A stretch of 33,488 nucleotides of DNA, taken from Choristocarpus tenellus KU-1152. Lineage: Eukaryota; Protista; Phaeophyceae. This document shows, in pieces, positions 24,001 to 33,451 of the stretch. Both the position numbers and the translations under genes were made by a program. The first letter of the stretch is position 1, and each line of letters opens with the position of its first letter. The notes below the pieces were generated by a model. That model saw nothing but the letters and a program-made list of their open reading frames with translations. It had not been told where the DNA came from and did not search any database. Where the stretch lies: positions 1 through 33,488 of the forward strand of contig CAXNAD020000062.1 of the NCBI GenBank assembly GCA_964200185.2. Direction: 5' to 3'.

Positions 24001-27000
24001 CTAAGCCTTGGTTGGACACAGAAGGCTGTCAATTGTCTCCCACAAATCAACAAGAAAAGAAAATCCATTGGCACCAGGAGTGCCTTTTGGGAATCAAATC
24101 ATACTTAGCACCCTCTCCTGATTAATGAGTGCGATGACATTTACCTAATAGTTGATACGACAGACTTTGAGATTAGTGTGCATTGCACCCTATATGTGGT
24201 CAGCTGAAATGTTCACACACACTTCCCCCAAGTCTTAATCTTACCTGTATTGTTTCTGTGCCATCATATCCTGGATTACGGATATATATCAGGTCAGCCA
24301 AGGCAAGGGCTGAAAGCATGTCATCTGCACTTCCAACCAGCTGCAGTTGACTACTAAAACGTGAGCTCCCTCCAGTCTGTGCATAGCAGAGACATTCTCA
24401 TCAGCACCACCACAATGTGCAAGAGGAGTAGTCTGTACTCAGTTGCAAATTGTGCTCTATCAATAGTAGAGCATTGCATCCCTCAAAAACAAAACTAGAC
24501 ATACCGCAAAGTGTGCTGTTAATATCTTACTTTGGATAGTTTTTTCTTTGCTTGACATGATTGTGTGCAACTTGAATAAATTTAGTGCTATAGCTTTACA
24601 AGGTGTGTAAGTGGCTACTGTTCCTGCTTCTTCACCATGACTAATTATAACTTCAATGTACCAGCTCCAATGTACCAGCTTCTAGAAGCAAGAGGTAAAA
24701 AATTAATTTGACCATGTGTTCGTTGTATGCCATTCCATTGTCCATTATTTAAGTTTGTCCACGATTCATGAGGTGGATGTGCCCTTTACATCCTTGTAGT
24801 ATGAACTATTAAATTTCATACCTGTAGGCCAATAGTTCTGTCTTCAACTCCTTGCAGCATGAGAGCACCTGGTGCATTATCAACTGATATTGTCATTGTC
24901 AGATTGTGTGTCAACCATTTTGAGCGCTCCTGAAGTGTGCTGTGCTGGTCTAGCAAATTAAAGGCGGCCATCTTGACAACATGGTGACGAGGTACAATAA
25001 TCTTGGGTTGATCATTCACTGCACCCACAAATACTGGCAGCCCTTTAACGACCTATGACAATATCAGCAAAGAAAGTCATGGATGTAGCAGTGGACAAAG
25101 AAAGTCACACAAATCGCAAAGAGCAAGAGGAGAGGATCAAGTTGTAAGGTACTCAGAACATCAGTCTAAATGTCTACAACCAGGCTAATCAAAACTCACA
25201 GCATAACTGGGCAACTGTTGGCAAGAATACCGCAGCACCTGACATCTACTCAGACTACCCTTTAAACAATGGAATTCACCTCCCAGTTAGTTTCCTTGGT
25301 TTCATCACCTACTGGTCAATACTCAATAAAATAACTAGTACAGTACATAGTATAGCACCGTACAGGTTAGTTGTAACCTTTGTATTGATCAATTTTATCA
25401 GATTAGTAGCAAGGTAATAATGCGCATACAAATACTGTCAGGTATCATGAAATGATATCACAGTGAGCGAAAGTATCTTAGGGTTAGGGTAGAGCCGGGT
25501 CTGTTTGGGGTCCAAAATCCAATTTTTCGATTTTGATGTAATTTCGACCATTGTGTTTGTTACGAAGTGTCAATATCCTTTTTCCGGGCACATCTTTCAA
25601 AAAGTACACATTTTACCTACTCCAAAACAATTCAAAGTAGGAAAAACGGTCATAAAAAACATGTACGAAGCAAAGCCCCAAATGGAAAAAAGGGCAAAAC
25701 TTATACCCTCTAAGATACTTTCAATTAGTCATGTAGGGCTCCGGGCCTACTTGTATATATACAAACTGCTGAAGCCACAATATTGAAGCCTTATGCCTGC
25801 ATCAGCATTTGCAACATAAGCAAGATACAATTTCTTGCAACACACAAATCATACCTTACATCAAACAGTACGTTATTTCTATCTGGTGGAGGACAAGAAA
25901 GTGGCTGGAACTTTCCACCTAAGAATGAATTACCTCTGCCTCCTCAGATGCCACCTGCCATACTGCAGCAGTGAATACCTCAACATGCTGCATGCTGTTG
26001 AAGTCATGGTCTGGTACATACTTAATGTCACCCACAGCAATGTTGATACTGTCAAGAGTTCCAGTGAAAGATAATGAGTGGTCGAGCCATCCCCTTCCAC
26101 GAGTGAAGTTGAGTCCCTGAGTAACAATCAGTAACAATCAGTAACAATCAGTAACAATCAGTAACAATCAGTAACAATCAGTAACAATCAGTAACAATCA
26201 GTATCAATCAACACAGTGGTATGGGAGTATTGACTATTACCAGAACACCTTAACAACAGAGTTACATACACATAAGGGTCCTGCACAATATAGTTCAAAA
26301 ACATTCTTACAATATAGCCATCTTCTAATCCAGTCCTGTGGTATGATTCTAGGTGATGTAGTGAAAATAATGGCTGTACAACTTGACCTTCGTAAGATCA
26401 CTGTACGACAAATAACAGTACTTAAATATCAATATATATGTAAACCAGAGGTCTACAATAGGTGCAAGTAATATCTGCATTTTCTTTCTTTTTCCCTACA
26501 AACCTACATACAACATACAACAAGCAACAGGGGTTAACAACAGAACTCCTCACTATCAATGCACCAATGTGAACATGGCAGTATTTACACACCAGCACTT
26601 AATGATCCATATCCGACAATATGTCAGTGAGACCCTTCTACTTACGAAGTTACCCCCAACTTCACAGCAAATTTGCAAGGTAGCTCCAGCATATGTTAAC
26701 ACAGCACATAGCTCCCCGTATGATTTAGTGGACTTCAAATCTAATTTCAATGAGAAATTGATGTAATCCCCTACACATTTGAGAAAGTAATGTAAAGTAT
26801 GGCTGAGGAAAGATTTTATTCAGTACCAAGAGCTGGAGTACACCTTCTATGAAGAACGCGCATTGCCTTGGCTTCCATAATCAAATCAAATTGTATCTAG
26901 TATAGCGAAAGTAGGAGTGTGAGAACTAAGATATCCAACACAAGTTGTCTTACCAGTGTATTGTTGAGGGACAGTCGTCCAGCAGTGACATGAAGCCTGG

Positions 27001-27210
27001 TGGTAAATAGAAGGTCCTCATCACCCTCCATGGTAGCGTCTGCATCATAGATGCTCATGCCTTGAATGGATAAAACACCATCTTCCTTCACAGAGGGACC
27101 AGCTGGAAGAACAAGTTCTGGACTGTCAGGAACACTGATGACAGAAAGATTCACCTTAAGACAGAGATATTGGAGCATCGGAGGGAAAGGATTGTCACCG
27201 TCTAAAACAA

Positions 27211-27268
<58 letters not shown>

Positions 27269-30200
27269 AATTTCAGGTGAAAGGGACAAGAAAGGAGTGA
27301 GGGGAAGGAACATTGGCAAGCCTCAACGCTGCAATCCACTGAGGAGACACTATTGAGCATATCATCCATAGTGAAACCCATTTCACAACAGCATCCTCAC
27401 TACTGAACAGTCACAAAAGGTTCCTTAGCAGCTATCCAAAACTACCCTTCCCAGTGTTCTCGCTTGTCAACGAAGGAACAATCTGTCCTTGACACTGGCT
27501 ATATAACAATTAGAGCACCTGATACATCAAGTCCACAAAGAAAGTCTTACAATGCAAGTCATTATTATCTCCTCTTTATTGCAGATATTGCCCTGTGAAC
27601 CCACAGCTGCTATGTCCCTCTAGCTGTATGCCCAAGCATGATCACTCTAATAAAATGTCACCATCCTGTCTTGTTTCTTATCAGTACTACTGGGAGTAGT
27701 ACTTTCAATGTGCAATGTTATGAAAATTAGTTGAGAATCTAATGTCCTACAATCACAAACACACCTTCTTGGTATCTGACTTGGCCTCTCCTGCCCCTAT
27801 ATACATTTGGTCATTGACAGTGATTGTCAAGGTATCATTCCCATACCTGAACACCAGTAGGATGGAGGTTACATTGTTCCAATGGTACGAGTTGAGATAA
27901 AGAGCCACCAGAGTAACAGTGATTGAGAGTGAAAAATAATCAATTTGTACATCATTGCATTTGGAATAGAACATTTTAATGCCAAAAAAGACTCAACTGA
28001 ATATACATCTATGTTTTACGTACCAGTTGAGATGCCCCCTGTATGTGATCCTTCCGAGTGCATACATAATACTTGCGACTGAACCATGGAATTGCACAAG
28101 TTCATCCTCAGTCCCATCACCAGTGCCGAAGCTGAGACCATCACTGCCTTGCAGAGACACCACGCCATGCTCAACAAAAAGCCTTACAGCAAGCTCATAG
28201 TCAGAAGCCACGGCCATGTCTATGTCCATAATTTGCACACCACTAATGTGTAGCTCATTATCCTCGTCCAGAACAAAGGGGCCTTGAGGGAGAATTATGT
28301 GGGGCTGGTTGTTTTGTGCATTAACCAGTACCAAGAGCTCCTCTCCACCCTGCTCTTGTTTTTTTTGTAATGGAAAAATACAATAAAAATACAATACCAA
28401 TCCAAGATTGTTGAGAAGGAATTAATGTGCAATGGATAATAGAAATGATAAAATGCTATCTTGCAAGCAACGAAAGGAGTTTTGTTTATTGGTTGTCTAT
28501 TACTTTCAAGTGCAAAGATATCAACAAAGACTGAGAAGGACTGTGCCTATATGATTGTGCCAAAGTGCAGAGGAGCCAATTGCCTTTTCCCAAGCAATTT
28601 GTTTGCAATATAATATGTGACTCCCATGAAACTCATAATTGTGCTGTCACTAATGATTGAAAGTACTCTAAAGTTTGATCCAAATGGTGATAATCAAAAA
28701 CATCTTTTCCGTTGAGCTCTATATTTGCTCAGGCAAAGGTAAGTCACACAACTGGGGTATAGCAGTGAGTCAAACATCAGGGGGTATTTACATGCAATTA
28801 ATGGAAAATCCCAACACAGAATTCAGGTGCATTGTAGAGTAGTATGGATCGATGCTCCTCTCCCAATCCCACCACTTGCCTGGAATGACTCCCCTATGCC
28901 ATTGAGCATATACCACGGCACAGCTGTATCAGTGTGATCTGATTTCCACTGCAATGCGGCTGTGTGACTCCCTGCAGCCAGGGTCAACACCACATGTCCT
29001 CGCAGCTCAACCACGGTACGTTCAGAGCCATCTTTTTTAGTCCCAGAGTCTCTGTCCAGGTGTGGTGCCAGATGAGATGTAATATGGTGTGCTATGAGCA
29101 AGTTCAAGAAAAAATATATATATTGCACAGTCCTTTGGTGAAACAATGTCTGCGATGACTCTAGGCAAGCCAACCTTATCTGTGAATTCAGGTAAAACCA
29201 GCACATGGCTAATAATGATGGAAAGGGCCCCAATGTCCTTCCTCTCAACAAGATAAGATAATGGTGCTAGTGGAAATAATGGTAACAAAAATAGTAATAA
29301 TAATAATAATAGTAGTAGTAAGAAAAATGCTCAAGAAGCATTCCTTGGAATGCATTTGTGTATCATAGTTGATTACTCTTTCAGTGTAGCTAAGTTTGGG
29401 GAACATGAGTGCTTCTCTTCTCAAGTGTCAAGGGTCCAAACCTTGGTCGATGAGATATTTCTTACAACAAAAAAAGTGTTTTAACCATACCCCATGAGAC
29501 AAGTGAGTAGAGCTGTGTGTATGTGGGTACAGATTTATCTAGCAGGACATGATGGAGGGAAATATAACGGTTGCTACTTGATTTGTGAAATAGCACCATC
29601 AGGGGCGTATGCACCATATTTCATGTGAGGGAGAGTTGACAAGTGGTAAGATAGGTTAACTCAATGAACGAGAAGCAAGGCAGTTGATTACCCATGGACA
29701 TACTAGTACTAGTAAAGCTGAATTGCAGAGCACTTTTTGTGAGAGTTGAGACCAAAATTCACGTGACAAGTATTAGTAAGTAGTCCTCACAAACAAGTGT
29801 GATAGAAATATAAGCAACAACCTATTTGTTGGGGTGGAGCGATTCCAACTTGACACCTGGAAATATGCACTGGAATACCTGCAAGTGGTCTATATATCAA
29901 GCATAGATTGCATTTTGCTTGAATTGGGCTATACAGGTGGCTCTCACTGGAATGTACTTTTCTGTACATCCAATCCTAATGAAAATCTCAGCTTCACACA
30001 TTATTATACCGTATATCCCTAAAGGGACTTGTTTAACAGCAAGAGTACCTCATCCTTATCCATACCAAAAGGTCGAGGAATTTGACTACGGGAACAATCC
30101 TGAAGTGCTGTGAAATGTGCAGACTAACACCTTGCAAGAAGAAACGAAACACCAAGAAGATCACTCCATGATACATAGTTGGAAGTATATCTCAATACCT

Positions 30201-32875
30201 GTATGGTACTCCATCAACAAGTAAACGTGCTGCCACTGAGCTCCAGCGTTCCCATGACCATGAGTCCAATGAGGGGTGTCCATACTGAGAGAGTGCAAGG
30301 GTAGAGAGAGAGGAGTAGCCTAAGAACAATACTATAGTTGGTATAATGGTAACAGTACTTTGATGTAGTGGATAAAATTAAAAAGAACTATGATTTAGTG
30401 GAAGAATATCACAAATGAACCATTCATGCTCACCTGAGTCACTGGCAGTCCATATGTGATTAGGACTGTTGATTGTGAGCTCAGTGTAAATTGAAGTATC
30501 TTTCCACCAACGGTCTGCCATTCTTCACGGTTGTCCATTAGAACCACCGGAGTAAGGATGTGCTGTGATACAATGCCAAGGCGCTCTCCCATGACAGACA
30601 GAAAGCGTGACATAGCAAAGCCATCCAAGAATGATGGAGAGGATCGCCAAACTCCAACAAAAGTTCCCCATTTTCGCCACTGAACAATAACTTCATGTTG
30701 TCCAGCCTGCACAGGACGCCACATACACAGACGTGTATACACACATGCATATACCATTTACATATTATTACATCACATGCCTTTGAAATGATGGGAGAAG
30801 CAGTAAAGTAGAATCATCCCAATATGGATTTAACTACCTCTTCTGCATTGAGATAATGGTTTTATAAATAATCCTTCCAACCATTCCACACCCCAACAAT
30901 GATTCCAGCATAATCTGCCCTCTACCCAAAGTTGTTACCTATTCCATCCTTTTCATAGTGTGTAGTACCCTGGCAATCACCTGCAGTGTGAGGACCAAGT
31001 CCCTCTCTAGGATACCAGTGGTCATGCGTCGAGTCAGAAGAGCAAACGACGCAAAAGACTCACGGTAGGGTATTCCATCCACCACCACACGCGCTACAAC
31101 ATCATCTGATGGTTGTACAACTGACCCGAAGTGGAGTGAGAATTTGGAGGGGAAGGCAGGCACTGAACCTCAGTTCAAAGGATTAGTATGGGATATATGC
31201 ACAGCCTTAGGTAGTAAATGGATGTTGACAAATCAAATAACTGGAAAAGTCTATTCTTTTCCCAAAGCAAGCACACCAAGGAAATAAATTATACAGTAAC
31301 ACCACAACAGAATACTGAAACAACAAAGTGAAAAGTACTATGTACACAGCAGATATGCAATTGCGACTTAGGTCCAGGTCATTGTGAGATAAATTTTGTT
31401 AGCAAGAGGTCCATTGTGTTGAATGCTCCCTAGTAGTCCTCACCGTCTGAAGCAAAATTGTAATCTGGCTTGACAGACATGGAGTACAGAATTCTGAGTG
31501 TAGCTGTCTCAGGAAGAGTGAAGACCATTGTCATTTCTGGTACGTCTTCCCATAGTCCTGTTTGGCTTATTCGCGCATCTGTTTTTGCCGCCTTGTGCCA
31601 CATATAACGATGCTGTTGGGAAAAAAAATAAAATACGTAAGCTGGGAAATGGCATTGTGTCTCTCATGCATGGGCACATGAGCGAAGACTTGTAACAGAC
31701 CTGCAGTTTGAGGAAGCTGTTAGATTCATCATGGTCAAATCATTGTCTTAGCATAAGACAAGTCACAAGGATGATGCCATGTGCTGAGAAATTGCACATA
31801 TGATTATGCGGTCACTCAGAAATAGTAGAGCAGCCCCTTGGAAATTCTTGTTGAACTAATGAATGAGCACAATGTAAACGGATCCAATTGGGGTACGGGA
31901 ACGCACTAGGGTGTTTAGGCCTGAGGGAAGATACTTTGTATGGTATTGAATTTCTGTTTGTTCCATGGCAGGCATGTTGTAGGTCATTTTTTTCGCCCTA
32001 ACTAGTACAAGTAACACACCCACACCAAAAGACACAAGTCTTCACCAACCTATGAGGGCTATTGGTACATACCCAAGATATCTGTGTTCAGAAACTCCTT
32101 AGTTTAGCGCTTAGCTTAAGTGCCACTGATCTTTGATGTCTTGTCCACTTTTGTCAATTTAGTATTATAGTTAAAGAGATATCTCCCTTGTAACAGCTTT
32201 AGTAAAGCTACATAATCTTCTTGCACAGAACGCCTTTGTCTTCCTTGTGAATGTGTTGGACATAATGTGCAAGTAGATCATCCACACCTGTTCCATGTAA
32301 TCTGAAGACTAATATTAATAATAAGTTGTGTCTGTCATCAACAGTGTCATATCAAAGTGTGACATAGGCTAGAATATTGCCTGCAGCAGAGAGAGAGTGT
32401 GTGTGTGTGTGCGTTTTCTCAAATAAACAATTTCAAACATGACTAGGAACCAAACAAACATCACTTTATCCAACTGAAAGTGACACCATCATCCAGCAAG
32501 AATATGCCCCCCAACTTTGGTCAGAGGCAAGGAGACCGTGAGTATTCACTGGAGAGCAGTCGACTGTAGCACTTGGTCCACACTGTCAAACTTGATTTGG
32601 TGATGAAGAGAGGATCTATTCTAGGGTCTCACCTGAGCAGTAACCACAATAGATCTTCCACTTGCATGCCCATCTGACTCACTTGGACGGTTACTCCAGC
32701 TTCTTACAACCCCCCCAACACTCTTTTTCCACTCAAGCCCAATTGTGTGGTTTCCTGGGCCTAGGTCTGTCACCAGATGGCCCCCAACAGTACTCACAAA
32801 AGCTTCATATGGTCCAGCAGTTGATGCATGGGAAGCTGATTGCCGAAAAGGTATGCTATTCACCACAAGGCGAAC
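1..32875 (-). CDS. Giant multi-exon gene, partial at both ends. Predicted extracellular/cell-surface protein of >7,300 aa: beta-sandwich modules + cadherin-like repeats + ~60 IPT/TIG repeats + Cys-rich GCC2/GCC3-like repeats. Exons: join(complement 32633-32875, 31444-31612, 30981-31162, 30434-30706, 30199-30284, 28880-29051, 28024-28349, 27765-27846, 26954-27154, 25934-26116, 24822-25052, 24245-24376, 21326-22914, 5061-20604, 3774-4806, 1826-3126, 1534-1710, 895-1023, <1-41)
   Basis: All long minus-strand ORFs join through GT/GC-AG boundaries with matching phases. Protein repeat motifs continue across junctions: VYVE|VTSNGVSF, GHLNW|YGNDTL, YMCP|DFGLTTP, ECVIEE|VDVCDK. No start codon/signal peptide or stop/TM segment is identifiable inside the window. 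Confidence 0.9.
895..1023 (-). CDS. Exon R: NKCPVGYYCPDGTTTGSSPDVNCPRKTTSLVGASELLECVIEE
   Basis: Acceptor caatttttgcag|AAC, donor GAG|GTGAGA. 129 nt, phase 0. The acceptor is duplicated 115 bp upstream. Confidence 0.85.
954..1183. repeat. Perfect 2 x 115-bp tandem duplication (954-1068, 1069-1183) spanning an intron 3' end and the first 70 nt of exon R
   Basis: Direct comparison: ggcaatttacatcagg...gtatattttgtgtt occurs twice, head to tail. Confidence 0.95.
1534..1710 (-). CDS. Exon Q: VCPAGYNCGCGSDRSNQFSHKCPAGFSC...NYLATQ
   Basis: Acceptor cctattgaag|GTG, donor CAG|GTGCAC. 177 nt, phase 0. Confidence 0.85.
1826..3126 (-). CDS. Exon P: Cys-rich CPxGxYCPxG repeats (GCC2/GCC3, ephrin-receptor-like)
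   Basis: Acceptor ttcactacag|AT, donor AAT|GTGAGT. 1,301 nt, phase 1 to 0. Many CPxG(Y/F/H)(Y/F)C units. Confidence 0.9.
3774..4806 (-). CDS. Exon O: completes IPT 54, adds three more IPT repeats and the start of the Cys-rich repeats (GC donor)
   Basis: Acceptor atctcacag|GTG restores VEVTSNG. Donor CCAG|GCAAGA. 1,033 nt, phase 0 to 1. Confidence 0.85.
5061..20604 (-). CDS. Exon N: giant 15,544-nt exon encoding ~54 tandem IPT/TIG repeats
   Basis: Lies within the stop-free 5,201-codon ORF. Acceptor ttttgaacatcag|G, donor GAG|GTAGAG. Hand count of 54 'P-x-x-G-x-x-x-GGT-x-V-x-I-x-G-x-x-F...C-x-FG...C-x-x-P...V-x-x-NG-x-D/F...F-x-Y' units, some degenerate. Confidence 0.93.
21326..22914 (-). CDS. 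Exon M: end of cadherin-like repeat 3, then three IPT/TIG repeats, the third carrying an inserted cupredoxin-like module
   Basis: Acceptor ttttttgtgttccag|GTT, donor AG|GTATAT. 1,589 nt, phase 0 to 2. PxxGPxxGGT...CxFG...C motifs. Confidence 0.9.
22929..23191. repeat. Intronic minisatellite, ~13 units of 20-21 bp (consensus ATGTATGATAACAATGATAAG / ATGTATGATAACAAGATAAA)
   Basis: Units delimited by eye. The array ends about 14 nt from the exon M acceptor. Confidence 0.95.
24245..24376 (-). CDS. Exon L: TGGSSRFSSQLQLVGSADDMLSALALADLIYIRNPGYDGTETIQ (absent from the ORF track)
   Basis: Acceptor atgcacag|ACT, donor CAG|GTAAGA. 132 nt, phase 0. Aligns by eye to FHGSVASIMYALGRITY...YGNDTL of repeat 1. 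Confidence 0.85.
24822..25052 (-). CDS. Exon K: VVKGLPVFVGAVNDQPKI...RTIGLQ, cadherin-like repeat 3 (N-part)
   Basis: Acceptor ttgtcatag|GTC, donor CAG|GTATGA. 231 nt, phase 0. Confidence 0.85.
25934..26116 (-). CDS. Exon J: GLNFTRGRGWLDHSLSFTGTLDSINIAVGDIKYVPDHDFNS...EEAE
   Basis: Acceptor gttactcag|GGA, donor GAG|GTAATT. 183 nt, phase 0. Confidence 0.85.
26121..26210. repeat. Intronic 10-bp tandem repeat (GTAACAATCA)x8 + 1 variant copy
   Basis: Directly visible. It starts 4 nt from the exon J boundary, immediately upstream of the acceptor. Confidence 0.97.
26954..27154 (-). CDS. Exon I: VNLSVISVPDSPEL...KEDGVLSIQGMSIYDAD...GRLSLNNTL, cadherin-like repeat 2
   Basis: Acceptor ctgtcttaag|GTG, donor CTG|GTAAGA. 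201 nt, phase 0. Confidence 0.85.
27213..27266. repeat. (TG)27 microsatellite, intronic
   Basis: Directly visible. Confidence 0.97.
27765..27846 (-). CDS. Exon H: YGNDTLTITVNDQMYIGAGEAKSDTKK
   Basis: Acceptor gtgttcag|G, donor AAG|GTGTGT. 82 nt, phase 2 to 0. Confidence 0.85.
28024..28349 (-). CDS. Exon G: GGEELLVLVNAQNNQP...DEDNELHISGVQIMDID...ITYRGHLN(W), cadherin-like repeat 1
   Basis: Acceptor gagcag|GGT has a weak pyrimidine tract and could shift by 3 nt. Donor TG|GTACGT. 326 nt, phase 0 to 2. Confidence 0.8.
28880..29051 (-). CDS. Exon F: DSGTKKDGSERTVVELRGHVVLTLAAGSHTAALQWK...GESFQ (GC donor)
   Basis: Acceptor ggacag|A completes Arg. Donor CAG|GCAAGT matches the GC-AG consensus. 172 nt, phase 2 to 0. 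Confidence 0.75.
29295..29320. repeat. Short compound (TAA)n(TAG)n microsatellite, intronic
   Basis: taataataataataatagtagtagta. Confidence 0.7.
30199..30284 (-). CDS. Exon E: YGHPSLDSWSWERWSSVAARLLVDGVPY(R)
   Basis: Acceptor ctctctcag|TAT, donor AG|GTATTG. 86 nt, phase 0 to 2. Repeats the RxxVDGxPYR motif. Confidence 0.85.
30434..30706 (-). CDS. Exon D: AGQHEVIVQWRKWG...LITYGLPVTQ
   Basis: Acceptor cctgtgcag|GCT, donor CAG|GTGAGC. 273 nt, phase 0 to 0. Confidence 0.85.
30981..31162 (-). CDS. Exon C: (V)PAFPSKF...VARVVVDGIPYRES...LVLTLQ
   Basis: Acceptor gttcag|TG, donor CAG|GTGATT. 182 nt, phase 1 to 0. Confidence 0.8.
31444..31612 (-). CDS. Exon B: HRYMWHKAAKTDARISQTGLWEDVPEMTMVFTLPETATLRILYSMSVKPDYNFASD (absent from the ORF track)
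   Basis: Acceptor ttttttttcccaacag|CAT, donor GACG|GTGAGG. 169 nt, phase 0 to 1, open frame. Confidence 0.85.
32388..32411. repeat. Compound (AG)n(TG)n microsatellite, intronic
   Basis: agagagagagtgtgtgtgtgtgtg. Confidence 0.8.
32633..32875 (-). CDS. Exon A (first supportable): VRLVVNSIPFRQSAS...LGPGNHTIGLEWKK...SIVVTAQ, C-terminal part of beta-module 1
   Basis: Donor CAG|GTGAGA at 32633/32632. The acceptor is uncertain (gtgaag|GTT assumed). The translation resembles modules 2 and 3. Confidence 0.75.
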
Positions 32876-32898
32876 CTTCACTCATTGCAGCCATAGCA

Positions 32899-32982
32899 TG
32901 ACACAGTAAACAATACAATGAGTGATACAATAAACAATATTGTGAGTGATACAGTAAACACTACAGTAAGTGAGTGATACAG
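32899..32982. repeat. Degenerate ~24-28-bp tandem repeat, ~3.3 copies (TGATACAGTAAACAATAC..TGAG)
   Basis: tgacacagtaaacaatacaatgag / tgatacaataaacaatattgtgag / tgatacagtaaacactacagtaagtgag / tgatacag. Confidence 0.75.
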
Positions 32983-33451
32983 AATGCATTATAGCAGAAG
33001 TGGTGGAGCAAAAACAACAATTGATGTTACTGGCTGGGCGGAGGTATTCACCCATTTTGACAACAAATGAGAACTACTTGCTAGTCTCATGCCCCTGGAA
33101 ATAGCGTATTATTACCTAGCTCTTCCACCTGTGAGAGACCCTCTGTACTAAAAATGTGGGGAAGTGCTTCAGAGGAAATGACAAAGGAGATGAAATCACA
33201 ACGGAACAAATCCAATAACAACGAAAGAGCAACTGCCTGCTTAGATGAGGTGACCCTTATTAGACACCATAGTCCTGTCAGTCAAGATGCACAGAGGCTC
33301 AAAGTATCTGGGGGGGTGGCGGCTGTCCATTTGGGGTCATTTTTTTCATGTTGATATTTTTGTGTGATTTGGTTGCATACGTCAGATGGATAATGTAAGT
33401 GCACTTTTCCTGGTCATGCCCCAAATGGACACCCCTGGTGTAGACCCACCG

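Noticed and set aside
24531-24681. Candidate extra exon with a good acceptor (ttttacctcttgcttctag) and donor (AAA|GTAAGA)
   Set aside because: Its 151 nt would break the frame between exons K and L, which already join into a complete cadherin-like repeat. At most it is a cryptic or poison exon.
23760-25974. Intronic ORFs 23772-24125(+), 23760-24074(-), 25505-25786(+) as nested genes or transposon remnants
   Set aside because: They show no recognisable domain or transposase/RT motifs, and their lengths are compatible with chance.
26897-27356. THTHTH / CVCVCV repeats in ORF translations
   Set aside because: They derive from the intronic (TG)27 microsatellite upstream of the true acceptor at 27155.
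27683-27703. Small hairpin AGTACTAC-TGGGA-GTAGTACT, and the palindrome TACTAGTACTAGTA at 29701-29714
   Set aside because: Both are too short to distinguish from chance and have no associated element.
33110-33170. Possible small upstream exon (LPHIFSTEGLSQVEEL) after a pyrimidine-rich acceptor
   Set aside because: Donor and phase are ambiguous and there is no motif support, so it cannot be called without RNA data or homologues.
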